Source: Tubulanus polymorphus
Lineage: Eukaryota; Animalia; Nemertea
Reading direction: 5' to 3'
DNA length: 64,000 nt
Assembly: GCF_964204645.1 (NCBI RefSeq)
Contig: NC_134029.1
Span: 8,024,850 to 8,088,849, forward strand
Shown here: positions 53,101 to 64,000 of the stretch, one piece after another
How positions within the stretch are numbered: position 1 is the first letter of the stretch
Layout of the letters: each line of letters starts with the position of its first letter
The notes under the pieces: model-generated
What the model saw: the letters and a program-made list of their open reading frames with translations, nothing else
Databases searched by the model: none
What the model was told of the DNA's origin: nothing
Program-made: the position numbers and the translations under genes

Positions 53101-54006
53101 AGGCACTTAGATAGCATAATATAACCAAGGGGCATTTCCGAAACGCTCAGTTGTCTCGAAATGTCCTTAGAAAACGTGTATTATCTTAATAAAGTTCCGT
53201 CCTCTAGAGGATCGACCTAGCGTTCAGGTGTTAGTGATATTTTTATCCATTAGAGTATGTACATTTGAGTAACCAAGGTAACTAACTATACGTCGTCTGC
53301 AAAGTCGTTGCATAAACTAGTCGTTTCTCTCAACGCGAGCAAGAATGTTTTATTGCGATTAAATTCAAAGTTCTCAGATGGTAATGAAAAATTGATACAA
53401 ACTCTTAATATAGGAAAGACTGTGGAACTGTTTTAGTTTGCTAGTTCTGAGTGGAAGCTCAAGCACCTGAATGAAAAAGAGCTTAACGCGAATGTTATAA
53501 CTATCAAAAGAACCCCGTATACTGTAGCAGTAATACTTCGTAGATAATGTAAACTTGGTCGAGACAATAATGTCTTGTGGGAATGATATAAGATTCATCA
53601 GAATCCATCAAAAGTGTAGCGCGTTAAGTATCACGTACGCTTCAGATAGATAATTCAGTCTGACACGGAAGATAAATTGGAAAAATATAATAGATGTAAT
53701 AGTATTTCACATGACTGCTGTAGTATATCTATTCATCGTTTGTTTGGCGCCAGTAAACTGGACAGCGAGCTGACATCTGATTTATTGCCGGGGGAACTGA
53801 TCTTAAAAATGTAGATTTCAAGTATTGGCCTTTTTGGTATGATGGTGGCAGGTCTGAAAGTAATTTATTTGCAACAAGGACATTCGATGCTGTCTTTTTA
53901 TGATAATATTCCATTAGTAAGAGAAGGGTTCAAGTATAATCTGTCTGTATAAAAACGTCATTTTTTCATGTGTCAAGAGATGAATTACTTATCCCGATGA
54001 TTCTGG

Positions 54007-54052
54007 TTTCTCTGATGATGGAGTTAAGTCGGAACTCCGAAAATGTCAGAAA
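54007..54052 (+). ncRNA. Minimal type I hammerhead ribozyme with an intact catalytic core
   Basis: TTTCT-CTGATGA-T-GGAGTT-aagtcgg-AACTCC-GAAA-AT-GTC-AGAAA: 5-bp stem I, 6-bp stem II, GUC cleavage triplet, then AATAAA. Confidence 0.72.
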
Positions 54053-55128
54053 ATAAATGATTTAATCATCAACTGTGGTTTTCTAATTAAATTATGCCGC
54101 GTAATTCGATTGAAAGAATTGGGATCACAAACCTTGAAACTCTTAAAGCTCCTGATTCAGTAAAGATTCCAATCGAATCAACGTCACAGTCAAAGATCTA
54201 ATTATCTATTTTCGAAACATCAAATGACGATACGCACAAGCTTTCTCCGGGTGTAAATTAACGATTAGCGTTCATCACTGTAGTCTGGTATCTAGCCGTT
54301 ATCCCAGAGGGGTAAACCGTTCCGTTCAAATAATAGACACCACTCTCATCCAAGGCATGATCAGAAAAAAGGTCGAGCCACTTCGCGAGCAGAGGACGTC
54401 ATACGGTCGCTATCCGAGTTCGTCATACGGAAAGATTTTTGTCTGTATTCGATTCATTTTTTGATTCAAATGAATTCTTTATTCTACTGGTGTACATTTA
54501 GGAACTGAATGAATAATAAGGAGTATTCCATATCCGTCATGCGAAAAACAACAACAATTTCCACTTTATTCATAATATTTACAAGGCCCCGAGAATACTG
54601 CAAGTTAGACATTGCTACATTGCAACTTTAAGATTAAAACCGACGAACATACTTCAACCCTTCTCTAATATATTTCTATGTAAGATATTTTTAGTAACAC
54701 AAAAGATTAAAAGCTCTTTCTCTGAATTTTCAAACAGAAAAAAATGGATACATTTCTTACCTAAAGCTCTGACAGGATTGAAATCGAATTGCTTGATTGG
54801 AAACTGGTGATAACTACCGTAGCGTGCGAATGACCCTTTCTGGTATCATCTACTGTCCAAATCGAAACAATCGATTTTCTGTAAGATCCGAGTATGGTAT
54901 AATAAACAACGAATTGAATTGAATTGAACTGAATTTGAATTCAATACCGACGTCATTGGTTTTTGCATTGCGTGATCTAGCCTAGTGGCTAGCAGTCGAA
55001 AAGAAAAATGACAGGAACTGTCCGAATTAATCGCTTATTTTATCATTCCAGCGCTTACCTCGTCGGTAGGCCGCTAAATTAGGATATGGGATTATTATTG
55101 AATGCATTTTCGTCAATCTGAAGGAGGA

Positions 55129-55175
55129 ATGGATAATGACACAGTTCACGAAGACCAGCAGACAAAGAAACAAAC
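55129..55175 (+). CDS. HVCN1: Hv-like first coding exon (MDNDTVHEDQQTKKQT)
   Basis: ggaATGG start, donor AC/gtaagt; phase 2 matches the next exon. Confidence 0.65.
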
Positions 55176-58100
55176 GTAAGTAGAGAGTCCACAAAAGAAG
55201 AAAGTGTGTGACACACACTTGACAAGTCTCTCCTGACCTGTGAGATTCAATTCAAATTTACAAATTTAAAGATAAAATTGTGAATAGTGTGATTGATCAT
55301 TGCTGTCTTTTGACGCCTTGTGACCCACACCACAGTATGGTGGCTGAAAGGCCCACAGGGGCTCGTTACGATAGCTGGGGGTCCAAAATCAAAGATTTGA
55401 CCCAGTATCCTAGGTACCACCTATAAAAAAAGAAAAGGGAGCTAACATTTTGACATACTAGAATTGACCTTCTCATTTCAATCGCTCATAACTTTGTAAC
55501 CCATCGACCGATTCGCTCGAAATTGGTTTCGTTTCATTCCTAAGAGGTTACTTTTTCGTTTGAGACCTTCCGCGACAAAATCGGATAAGAGACACCCGAG
55601 AAATCACGACTCAAATCCGAAAAAACGAGTCAAAATAGCCAAAGCCGGAATTACTAGGACGTCTCGGAGTAGTCGATTCCCGAAGAAAAACGATGAGTTG
55701 ACGCGGTTCCCGGACGTTAATCTTCACATATCATACATCGCTGGAAAGCTTATGAACTGACCTTATTGAAAAATGCGTTTATTTGATAATCCGTTCCGAA
55801 ACCGGCGACAAGCGAGGTGATAATACGCACCGAACCGATAAATACGCACTTTAAGCGTCACTGAACCGCCATTGAGGGTGTGACGTCACGGGCTCTGAGG
55901 ACTGATAAATTCGCGATACGTGATTGGTCGACTGAATATGTCAATTATCTAGCGTTGCATGCTGGGATTTCTCATGACGTCACGCAGTTAATGGCGGCCG
56001 GAATACACTTGGAAATCGTATTTATCGCATCAATCTGGATTATCAGCTCGCCAGTCGCGGGTATCGGAACGGATTATCAAATATACGCGTCTTTCAATAA
56101 GGTCAGTTCATAAGCTTTCCAGCGATGTATGATATGTGAAGATTAACGTCCGGGAACCGCGTCAAATCATCGTTTTTCGTCGGAAATTGAGCACTTCAAG
56201 CCGTCCTAGTAATTCCGGCTTTGGATATTTTGACCCGTTTTTTCGGATTTGAGTCGTGATTTCTCGGGCGTCTCCGGTCCGATTTCATCGGGGAAGGTCT
56301 CAAACGAAAAAGTCAACTCTTGGGAATGAAACGAATCTAATTTTGTGTAAATCAGTCGATCGGTTACGAAGTTATGAGGGGTTGAAATGAGAAGGTCAAT
56401 TCTTGTATGTCAAAATGTTAGCTCCCTTTTCTTTTTTTATAGGTGGTACCTAGGATACTGGGTCAAATCTTTGATTTTGGACCCCCAGCTATCATAACGA
56501 GCCCCTGTGGAAAGGCCAAATACAATAATTTTCACACGACCTCGATCATTAGGCCTAGGGCAGGCCTATAGAAAAACACAAAAGTTAAAACGAAATTTAT
56601 AGAGCAAAAACGAATTTTACCGCGCAAAAACTAAAATATTCGTTTTTGCTCTATGATTTTTCGTTTTTGGGCCCTATCAAAAACGAATTTGTTTTTGCTC
56701 TATGCCGGATTTTCGTTTTGCATTTTTCTATAATCGAGGTCATTTGAAAATAATTCATTAGAGCAAAAACGAAAGTTTTTGCTAGGGCGCAGAAACAAAT
56801 ATTATGGAGCAAAAACGAAAAATCATAGAGCAAAAATGAATATTTTCGTTTTTGCGGGGAAAAACGAAAAGTTTGTTTTTATGCGGTGGCAAAAACAAAG
56901 TTTTCGTTTTTGCTCTATAGGTTTTGTTTAGTGTTTTTCTATAATCGAGGTCGTGTAGAAATTAATGCATTTGGCCCTTATCAGCCACCATACCACAGCC
57001 ACAAGGTTTATAGTTTTTTACTGGTCCAGGCACTTTTTTTTATAGATTTTTGTTGAAGATTGCACAGATAGCTAGTGCATTATATTGCACAGATAAAAAT
57101 GGTGGACTTTCTAAAAAGCACAGTTGAATATAGCAGACTTTCACATATCTTAAGGCACCATCGTTCTAGATTAAATTTTCATTCATGCGGTGTTCTCTGA
57201 ACAAATCACTGATTTAATAGAAACAATAAGGTTCTGTAAAGGCCTGGACACACTGGTAAAATTGGCCAGTGTGTCGCCGGCGACAGAATCGCCCAGTGTG
57301 TCCGGGTACGGCCATCAGTCGCCTCGAGCGCCGTATTAACCAGCCAATCACGGCTCTTCGACGGTTCTCGTGATAGCAAGGTGGCACTAACAGCTGGTTG
57401 TTTCAAAATAAGCGGCGCTGTTCGCTGATTTCGCCGTTTGACGAAATCGTCCAGTGTGTCCGGGTCTTTAGAAAAGCCACTGAAATTATCCCCTGGTAAA
57501 ATTCTTATAAAAAGAAAATTTCTAAAAATGTAGTGTAGAAAGATTAAATGCTGAATTCATATTGTTTCTTCGTCAGAACTCTACCAAAATTGGAAATTTA
57601 TCTGTATACAGTATGGTTTGAATGTGTGGGACTGATACTCGTTTTGGTTGAATGCTTCCTGGCTGTCGTTGAGTTAATTCTCGATTTGAAGGTCTTTCAA
57701 GGTAGGTCATAAATCAAATTTCGCTTCGGTTTCATCAGTTGATGAATATATCTACGAGCGTAATCTGGCTAGTTGGTCTGAAATGTATGAACTATTGAAT
57801 ATCAACCGTTGATAAAATGCTATATCCGTGTTGTGACGATAATATGTGGAGAATCCCACAACAATAATAGTAAGTTCTTGTAGTCCAATGTTCGAGTCAA
57901 AGTCTATTCTAAAAGTCATCTTCCGGACTACTGAAGATTACTAAAATAAAATGAATCAGTTGTAGGATCGCAACATCCGTGATAAAACCATGAGTGAAAT
58001 CCCACAGTAAATGAATTGATAGCTAAAAAGTTTATTTAAAAACTAGAAATATTCCCGGTGGTTGCTACCACCCTCTTTCAGTCAGTCTACTGAATAGATG

Positions 58101-61100
58101 ACTATTAGAATATAGTTGAAACGTTGAATAACTTATTAGTTCAACAAAACATTTTCTAACTTAATATTATTTTTTCGTTATTATTGTGGGATTGTCCACA
58201 TTTTTTATCTATTGAATAAAGAAAAGAGTTTGAAGTGCCAGAAAATGTGGCAAGCCTATCCTGTTGTTTGGTTAAATATCAGTTCATAAAGAGACAATAG
58301 ATCCAATTCCACAGATGCTACACAAGTGTGAATATATTTATATCAACATGTCGATCTAGAGCCCGAGAGTCCAAGTAACTGGCGTACTGGGTGAGGAGAA
58401 AATCATACACGTTACTAACTACAATCACTAAAAATGTTCAAAGTTTATCTTAAATCATTGATAACTGGGAGAATGTTGATTGCAAAAACATCTTCCGTAA
58501 TGTATTCCATATTGTAATAAGTGATCTGATATGAAAATTGATAAAAAATTTGATCTATTGACTATGCATTCAATACTAAGATTGACCCACTAAATACGAA
58601 ATTAAAAGATTTAAAACGAAATCTATCTATTATGAAAAATCTAAAATAAAAAGACACAACGTTTAACAGTAGTTTTTAATCTTATCATCCAGAGCTGCCA
58701 ACCGTTCCTGATTTTAAGCATTTTGCTGCTATTTTGTCATGAAAACACTGATGTGATTTGTTTGATGGGTACGGACAAGGGTCACTGATAAATTGAACAT
58801 TTTCTTTCATATCCCATTAAAATGTAACTGGAAAAAAAATCACCTCGTTACTGATCGCTTTAGCAGCCCCGGATATCTATTCTCCCCTCCTCTGAGTGCG
58901 GATGTTTAACTATCCACTTGACTTAATATGCGAGAAATCTTGGATTACGGAAAGTTGGACAATGATCCATCATGATTTTTTTTTCACTCGTTTCAGTGGG
59001 CGGAAATGTCTCGACGAATCAGAGTCGAGGATCGGCGCCGACGTCCAATCGAAATACGCTCGTGCAAAGTTTAACGGCCGGTTCGACGCCGAATGCACAC
59101 GTCACCGATAGCCTTCACATTCTGTACATCGTCATACTGATTCTGTTCATGGCAGAGGTAAGTAGTAGTAGTGCACCGTCGGTTCACTGGCGCGGAATTC
59201 CTCATGCCGCTTGGTAAATATCGTAGACCGGTGCATCGTCTGTCGATGATCGTTTATATATGTTGAGTCATTGTTTGATTATGGTCCTTAGTGCGAAGGT
59301 GATTAACATTCCTCTGTCCTTAAGTGGATGTTTGACTTAAACTGCTATGATCGCTACTAATTAACCGGAATCACACAAGCTTTTTTACCCGGGCCAACAA
59401 TTCGCACTGGTGGTGCCAAATGGATCCGTGGCTATTTGGCCCGGGCAAAATTTAGGCCCAATCAAAAACATCGGACTAGGCCCATGCCAAATTTTAGCAC
59501 AGGTTGAATCATTCCAGCTGAACATACTGATAGGTTCTGGAAGCGACTCACCTTGCTTGCCACAGCATTATATTTGACTCTGGTCTGGTCGAGCTCAGTT
59601 TGACCAGAGCCAAATTGTTACGTGTTAACGGCCTTTATTTAGTTTTTCATTGAAGGGTGACTCATTTCCCTATGAATTTAATTTTCATGAAATGAACTTT
59701 TGAAGATTGATCGAAATCATGAAATAAAACTAGGTTGCCATCTTAATATGGGTCTACGTGAATAGAAATTCCAGATTTATTAAGCGATTTGAATAATTGA
59801 GAAGCCCTAAGGATGCTGATAAACTTGTTTCCGGAAGTTTTTAGGCGCAGCGTTCACACTACATTATTTAGACCGGTTTAAATGTGGCCCGTTCCAAAAA
59901 AGTCCATTTCAAATTGGTCTGTTCCAATTTGGACCAACCAAAATGACCGATGCAGGTAAATCTAAGTGTGTGTATGGACAGAAACTGGCACAAATTTGCC
60001 ATCATGCTGATTGATATAGTTTTCAGATTTCATATAGGCCTAATGATTTCTAAGGTATTGCCTAAAAATCAACGTATGCTTATTATTGCACATGTGTTGC
60101 TTGCAGTTTCTAAGGTATTGCCTAAAAATCAACGTATGCTTATTATTGCACATGCGTTGTTCGCAGTGCGTCATGTTAATGGTTCGAAAATGTTCTAGAA
60201 TTTACAATAGATGAACATGGTAAACTGCAATCATCAAAATCGTTTTAATGAATAACAGCTTGGGACTCATAAATCTATCATAGAGGTATAATTTTGGGGT
60301 AATAACTCATGGCAACATCTTGCAGACCCAGTCATAACTATCTTAAAGCCAATTTAGCAGACGCGCACTCTGATTTAGCCCGTTTTAAGGAACAGACCCA
60401 TTTGGAACGGTCTAACTAGTGGTAGTGTGAACACGACTTTAACCTCTGTCCCACGATGGCTGAAACCTTTTTATTAATATGGAACCTATCCAAAAGTGAC
60501 ACTCTGTTCGTCACAGATTAAAAACACCCCGGGACTACTACTACTACACTAGGAATTCAATAAGTTTGTTTGTGATATATGCTTTCGCAATTCAACAGAG
60601 TTTGTTTGCTTGAAAAGGTTACAAAACATTATTCCATATTCTTTCTTCTTTGACCTGTCGCGATCAAGCATGAGCACAATTTCTGCTATGACAATGGCAT
60701 ACGTACAATACTTGTTGCATTAGTAAAGCACATTTTGCGCATTTATACGAAACCGGTTACAAACAATAAGAGATCGAATTGTTTTTACAGGTTACGACGA
60801 AAATTGTCATACGCCATCGAGATTTTGTCAACCACAAATATGAGGTAATCGTCGCTTGTGACTAGGGTATCCCTGATGCAATTGTGCATGAAATATTGAA
60901 AATAATATCTCGTGCTCGAATCCTTTTAAAGGGCCCAGGTATCGGATTGATGTGAAAAATGGATATCACCGCTGAAAAGATTGTGATAAAAATGTGAAAA
61001 AAATCGTGAAAATGTGTGAAACTTCAAGCAGTGATGTTTTGATCCCTTTTTTGTGCCCCATAACCACGAAGCTCAGAATCGATGCACAAGTGGTGTCAAA

Positions 61101-63925
61101 ATTTAAGAAATTCTATTTTAATCTGTCCGATCAGTAATGGCTTATTCGTATTGTACCTTAACGTTACAAAAATGAGATATCCGGTTTAAGTGAAAAATCC
61201 CGGTATTTTGTGAATAGGAAATTTCCAGAATTGATCAATCCGGAAATAATTACCGGTATATGATATTTACAGACATTTGAAAGGGTCAAAAGACTAAAAT
61301 GATCGTTCTAAAATTTTCTGTTACCTTCGATGAAGTCTAATCAAATGTCAATATTTGTTTTTTTTTAGGTATTCGATGCTTGTGTGGTATATCTGACATT
61401 ACTCATCACAATCATTTTACACAGTATAAAACTGCGTATCGTTCGCGACGCGTTGGCGTTTCTAATTGGTCTCAGATTGTGGAAGGTGTCTAATATCATA
61501 TTTGGTATGTATTGCATGCATACACTTGCAAGGCTACACAATTGAAGGGCACCGAATTCGGCAGGGTTCGAACAAGTCCTGAAAATTCTGGCTAAGTTAT
61601 AGAAATTATTGATAACAAGGGCGGATCCAGGCTAGTTCCCCCCCCCAAATTCTTTAAGGTGCCCCCAAATTCTTTAGGGAAAAATTTAGTTTTCATTTTA
61701 TATATTCTAAGAAATAGAAATATGAATTATTCCCTCATCAAATAGCCTTGGAGAACACCAAGATTTCAGAATTTTATAGGAGAGGAGAGGGCCCGGACTT
61801 CATGGCTTCAGCTCTCACTACATAAGGGTGCCCTTCGCGATTACATATGTGCCTTTGAGTACCCTGGTACCCTACCCTCAAAATAACCTGCTCCGCCCTT
61901 GAATGATTGACGTGGAATAGTTTTGTAGATGAGTAAAAAGTCAACTGGAATTCACAAGAAACGATTGTGTAGATTTATTGGACTGAAACGATAACGTTTG
62001 GGCTCCGACAAACAGCCATAAACAGGAAACAGTAATAAAAACTCATATAATACCTTAGCAGTTGGGATGAGTAAACAAAACTTATATAAGGCTCATTATA
62101 GGGGGAAAAAAAGCTTAGCGCTTTTATCATATTACTGTAATATAAGTAATTCAAGTAATATAAATGTTAATGAAATTTTTTTCAACTACTATCCATTACA
62201 TCTTATTACTTCATATTACTGTAGATTACTATGAGTTACATCTTATTACTAGACATTACTCTATAGGCCTATTACTATTGGTTACATTATTATGGATAGC
62301 TGTTAGTTACTTAGGTAAGATATTTGGAACAGATTAGGCCTTCATTACTCATATTAATTATATTACAGTAATATGACAAAAGTGCTAAGCTTTTTTCCCC
62401 CTATATTGAGCCTCAGGTGACCAGAGATGAGAATTCCCCGCGGATCCGCGGTTTCCCGCGGATTTCAGTATTGAAAAATATCAATTTTCCAAATAGTCCA
62501 AAAATGATGTAAAAATATGGGGGGGGGGTGATGATCTCACTCAATTGGTCCGGCGCGATCGGTAATCAGGTGAACCGTAAAAGCGTTCAGTGCCTGTTTT
62601 ACTTATCGTCACGTAAAAGTATCGCATTTCAATGCATATTCATTGCAACACAGTGATTTTGTATGTACATTTGTACTACGATGAGTTTGTATGTATTTTA
62701 TCGATCGGTTGCAGACACGCACGCACAGCAACAGTAGTAACGTATATAGGTCTACTTACTGTTGCTGCGTGTGTGTGGCGAACGCTTTCGGATATTATAC
62801 ACTACTTGGTGATGATTTTTAGTGAGCATTCATCGGCGCATTTTTACTGCAATAATTCAGGGCTCGACCCGTAATGCATGAGATGCTGAATGTCATCAAA
62901 TGAGGATGTACCACATTGGAACTAGCCATTACCTTCCAAAATATAATAGTCGTTCATGGGTTCGAGATCGCTCTAAGTGCTCGGAAAACGTATTTAATTT
63001 CTAAAATTTTCTTGGGGGAGGGCCCCCAAACCCCCCAGAAATAGCTTCGCGCCTTCGGCGCTCGCTAGTGCTGACGGCGTAGCCGTCAGCTGGTTCGCGT
63101 ATGTCACTCAAGAAAAATAACCCGCGGATTTTACAGGTCGGCGTTCTCATCCCTGGGTGACAAAACTAGCACTAAAACAACAAGGGGTACTATAGTACCC
63201 ACCTGTGCAGTCCTACGGTGTTTGATTTGGTCGTAGCCAATGTTTAGTTTATTTCCCAGTAACACCTTTTTGGATTGTTAGTAAATAGAAATTAAAAAAG
63301 TATGCGTTATAGAATTGGAAGATTGATGAACCAATACCGGGTATCGTCCGATACCAGATATCGCCTGCCAGAATTGATTATGTATTTCTGGAACATCTCT
63401 TCCAGGTGCTTCGGTTAAAGAACGAAAACAATTGGAACAACATATCTACGCGTACAGAAAAGCTAGGCTCTACGCAGAGGAAAGGGTTAATCAACTTATA
63501 CAAGAATTAAGTAATAAACAGGTAGGTTATGCGCCGTCAATGCTATGAATAGTTGGCTTTAAATGTCTGCAATAAGGACTAAGATTGTTACGTACTTAAG
63601 TGGACTAGGACTTATCCTAATCTACATGTATGAAGAAGTGAAACTAATGGTTAAATGTTGAAATATTGAGAATTTCTATTCATTATTCATTATTTTCATT
63701 TTGGATGTCATTCTAAATTTAGTTTGGTATAAAGTCTTTGAATTTTGAATGTTGTTTATTAGGATTGCTCCCAATTAGCCCAGCCCTTTGTCAATTCTCT
63801 TTACTTTCATAAGAATATTCAGTTGTCAGTTGTGTTTTTTTAGGTTGAAAATGAGAAGTTGAAAGAAATAATCAATACATCAGGGAAGACTTGTAACACG
63901 AGTACGGAACTTATACGAAAAAGAG
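55129..63925 (+). CDS. HVCN1: Voltage-gated proton channel Hv1-like / voltage-sensor-only protein, multi-exon, 3' end beyond the window
   Basis: Phase-compatible exons 55129-55175, 57577-57701, 58997-59157, 60791-60844, 61369-61504, 63406-63521, 63844-63925. They encode S1 (..VELILDLKVFQ), S2 (SLHILYIVILILFMAE), FVNHKYEVFDACVV, S4 (LIGLRLWKVSNIIFG) and a C-terminal coiled coil. There is no pore domain directly after S4. Confidence 0.85.
55336..56992. mobile_element. TIR element (TATGGTGGCTGA termini) interrupted by a nested foldback element
   Basis: Reconstructed TIR of about 48 bp, 6-bp duplication CCACAG (55330-55335, 56993-56998), internal AGAGCAAAAACGAA repeats in both orientations. Confidence 0.85.
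55354..56509. mobile_element. Foldback element with TIRs of about 420 bp, probably non-autonomous P superfamily
   Basis: CACAG..CTGTG termini, perfect 8-bp duplication GAAAGGCC (55346-55353, 56510-56517), arms about 55354-55778 and 56086-56509. Confidence 0.9.
57238..57469. mobile_element. MITE-like element
   Basis: TIR AAAGGCCTGGACACACTGG / CCAGTGTGTCCGGGTCTTT with internal CCAGTGTGTC repeats. Confidence 0.7.
57577..57701 (+). CDS. HVCN1: Hv-like exon, S0-S1
   Basis: TLPKLEIYLYTVWFECVGLILVLVECFLAVVELILDLKVFQ; acceptor ttcttcgtcag, donor G/gtaggt. Confidence 0.85.
58997..59157 (+). CDS. HVCN1: Hv-like exon, S1-S2 loop and S2
   Basis: Strong acceptor, donor GAG/gtaagt; the loop has NVS and NQS sequons, followed by DSLHILYIVILILFMAE. 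Confidence 0.88.
59850..60435. mobile_element. MITE-like element containing a 60-bp tandem duplication (60047-60166)
   Basis: Ends GCGTTCACACTAC..TAGACCG / CGGTCTAA..GTAGTGTGAACAC; two near-identical 60-bp units inside. Confidence 0.6.
60791..60844 (+). CDS. HVCN1: Hv-like exon, S2-S3 linker
   Basis: VTTKIVIRHRDFVNHKYE, phase 0-0, GT-AG. Confidence 0.88.
61369..61504 (+). CDS. HVCN1: Hv-like exon, S3-S4
   Basis: VFDACVVYLTLLITIILHSIKLRIVRDALAFLIGLRLWKVSNIIFG, GT-AG. Confidence 0.9.
61616..61901. mobile_element. MITE-like element related to 913-1758
   Basis: TIR CAAGGGCGGA(TCCAG) / (CTGC)TCCGCCCTTG with GTGCCC motifs. Confidence 0.65.
62089..62413. mobile_element. MITE-like element with TIRs of about 60 bp and an ATTACT-rich interior
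   Basis: AGGCTCATTATAGGGGGAAAAAAAGCTTAGC..ATATTACTGTAATATAA mirrored at 62352-62413. Confidence 0.8.
62422..63155. mobile_element. Non-autonomous TIR element
   Basis: TIR CAGAGATGAGAA / TTCTCATCCCTG, perfect 6-bp duplication GGTGAC (62416-62421, 63156-63161), CCGCGGAT subterminal repeats. Confidence 0.85.
63406..63521 (+). CDS. HVCN1: Hv-like exon, coiled coil
   Basis: ASVKERKQLEQHIYAYRKARLYAEERVNQLIQELSNKQ, phase 1-0. Confidence 0.85.
63844..63925 (+). CDS. HVCN1: Hv-like exon, end of coiled coil
   Basis: VENEKLKEIINTSGKTCNTSTELIRKR, donor G/gtatgt; the gene continues past the window. Confidence 0.8.
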
Positions 63926-64000
63926 GTATGTGTTCGGCCTAAAACTTATCATCGGTCATCATGCTATCGGGTTATGCTCCGAAACTTAGGAATATTTCTA

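Noticed and set aside
56560-56945. Regularly recurring AGAGCAAAAACGAA motifs, superficially CRISPR-like
   Set aside because: Irregular spacing, both orientations, inside a TIR element, eukaryotic context and no cas genes.
61990-62027. Hammerhead-like remnant on the minus strand (CCTGTTTA..CCCAAACGTT)
   Set aside because: Both core boxes are mutated, so it is too degenerate to call.

Overview
AT-rich, intron-containing eukaryotic DNA that looks like an invertebrate animal (GT-AG introns, many MITE-like elements, TA microsatellites). I did not identify the species. Reading splice sites by hand gives three protein-coding loci. (1) A minus-strand ANKDD1-type gene with 11 ankyrin repeats, a death domain and a C-terminal CVIS CaaX box. 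Its core coding exons span 2641-23509, and it has candidate alternative first exons at about 26.5, 27.8 and 37.5 kb plus two candidate in-frame cassette exons. (2) An intronless Rho-family GTPase-like gene (15761-16363) nested in an intron of gene 1, with G3 and switch I degenerate. (3) A plus-strand voltage-gated proton channel (Hv1/HVCN1)-like gene that starts at 55129 and runs off the window. It has Glu at the selectivity-filter position and S4 RLWKVSN instead of RxWRxxR. The introns also hold a probable decayed SK (KCNN) channel pseudogene, several minimal hammerhead-ribozyme motifs of the Penelope-like type (one with an intact core at 54007-54052), Penelope and Mutator fossils, and many TIR elements with readable target-site duplications, including a nested foldback element. 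All homology calls come from remembered family motifs, not from database searches.
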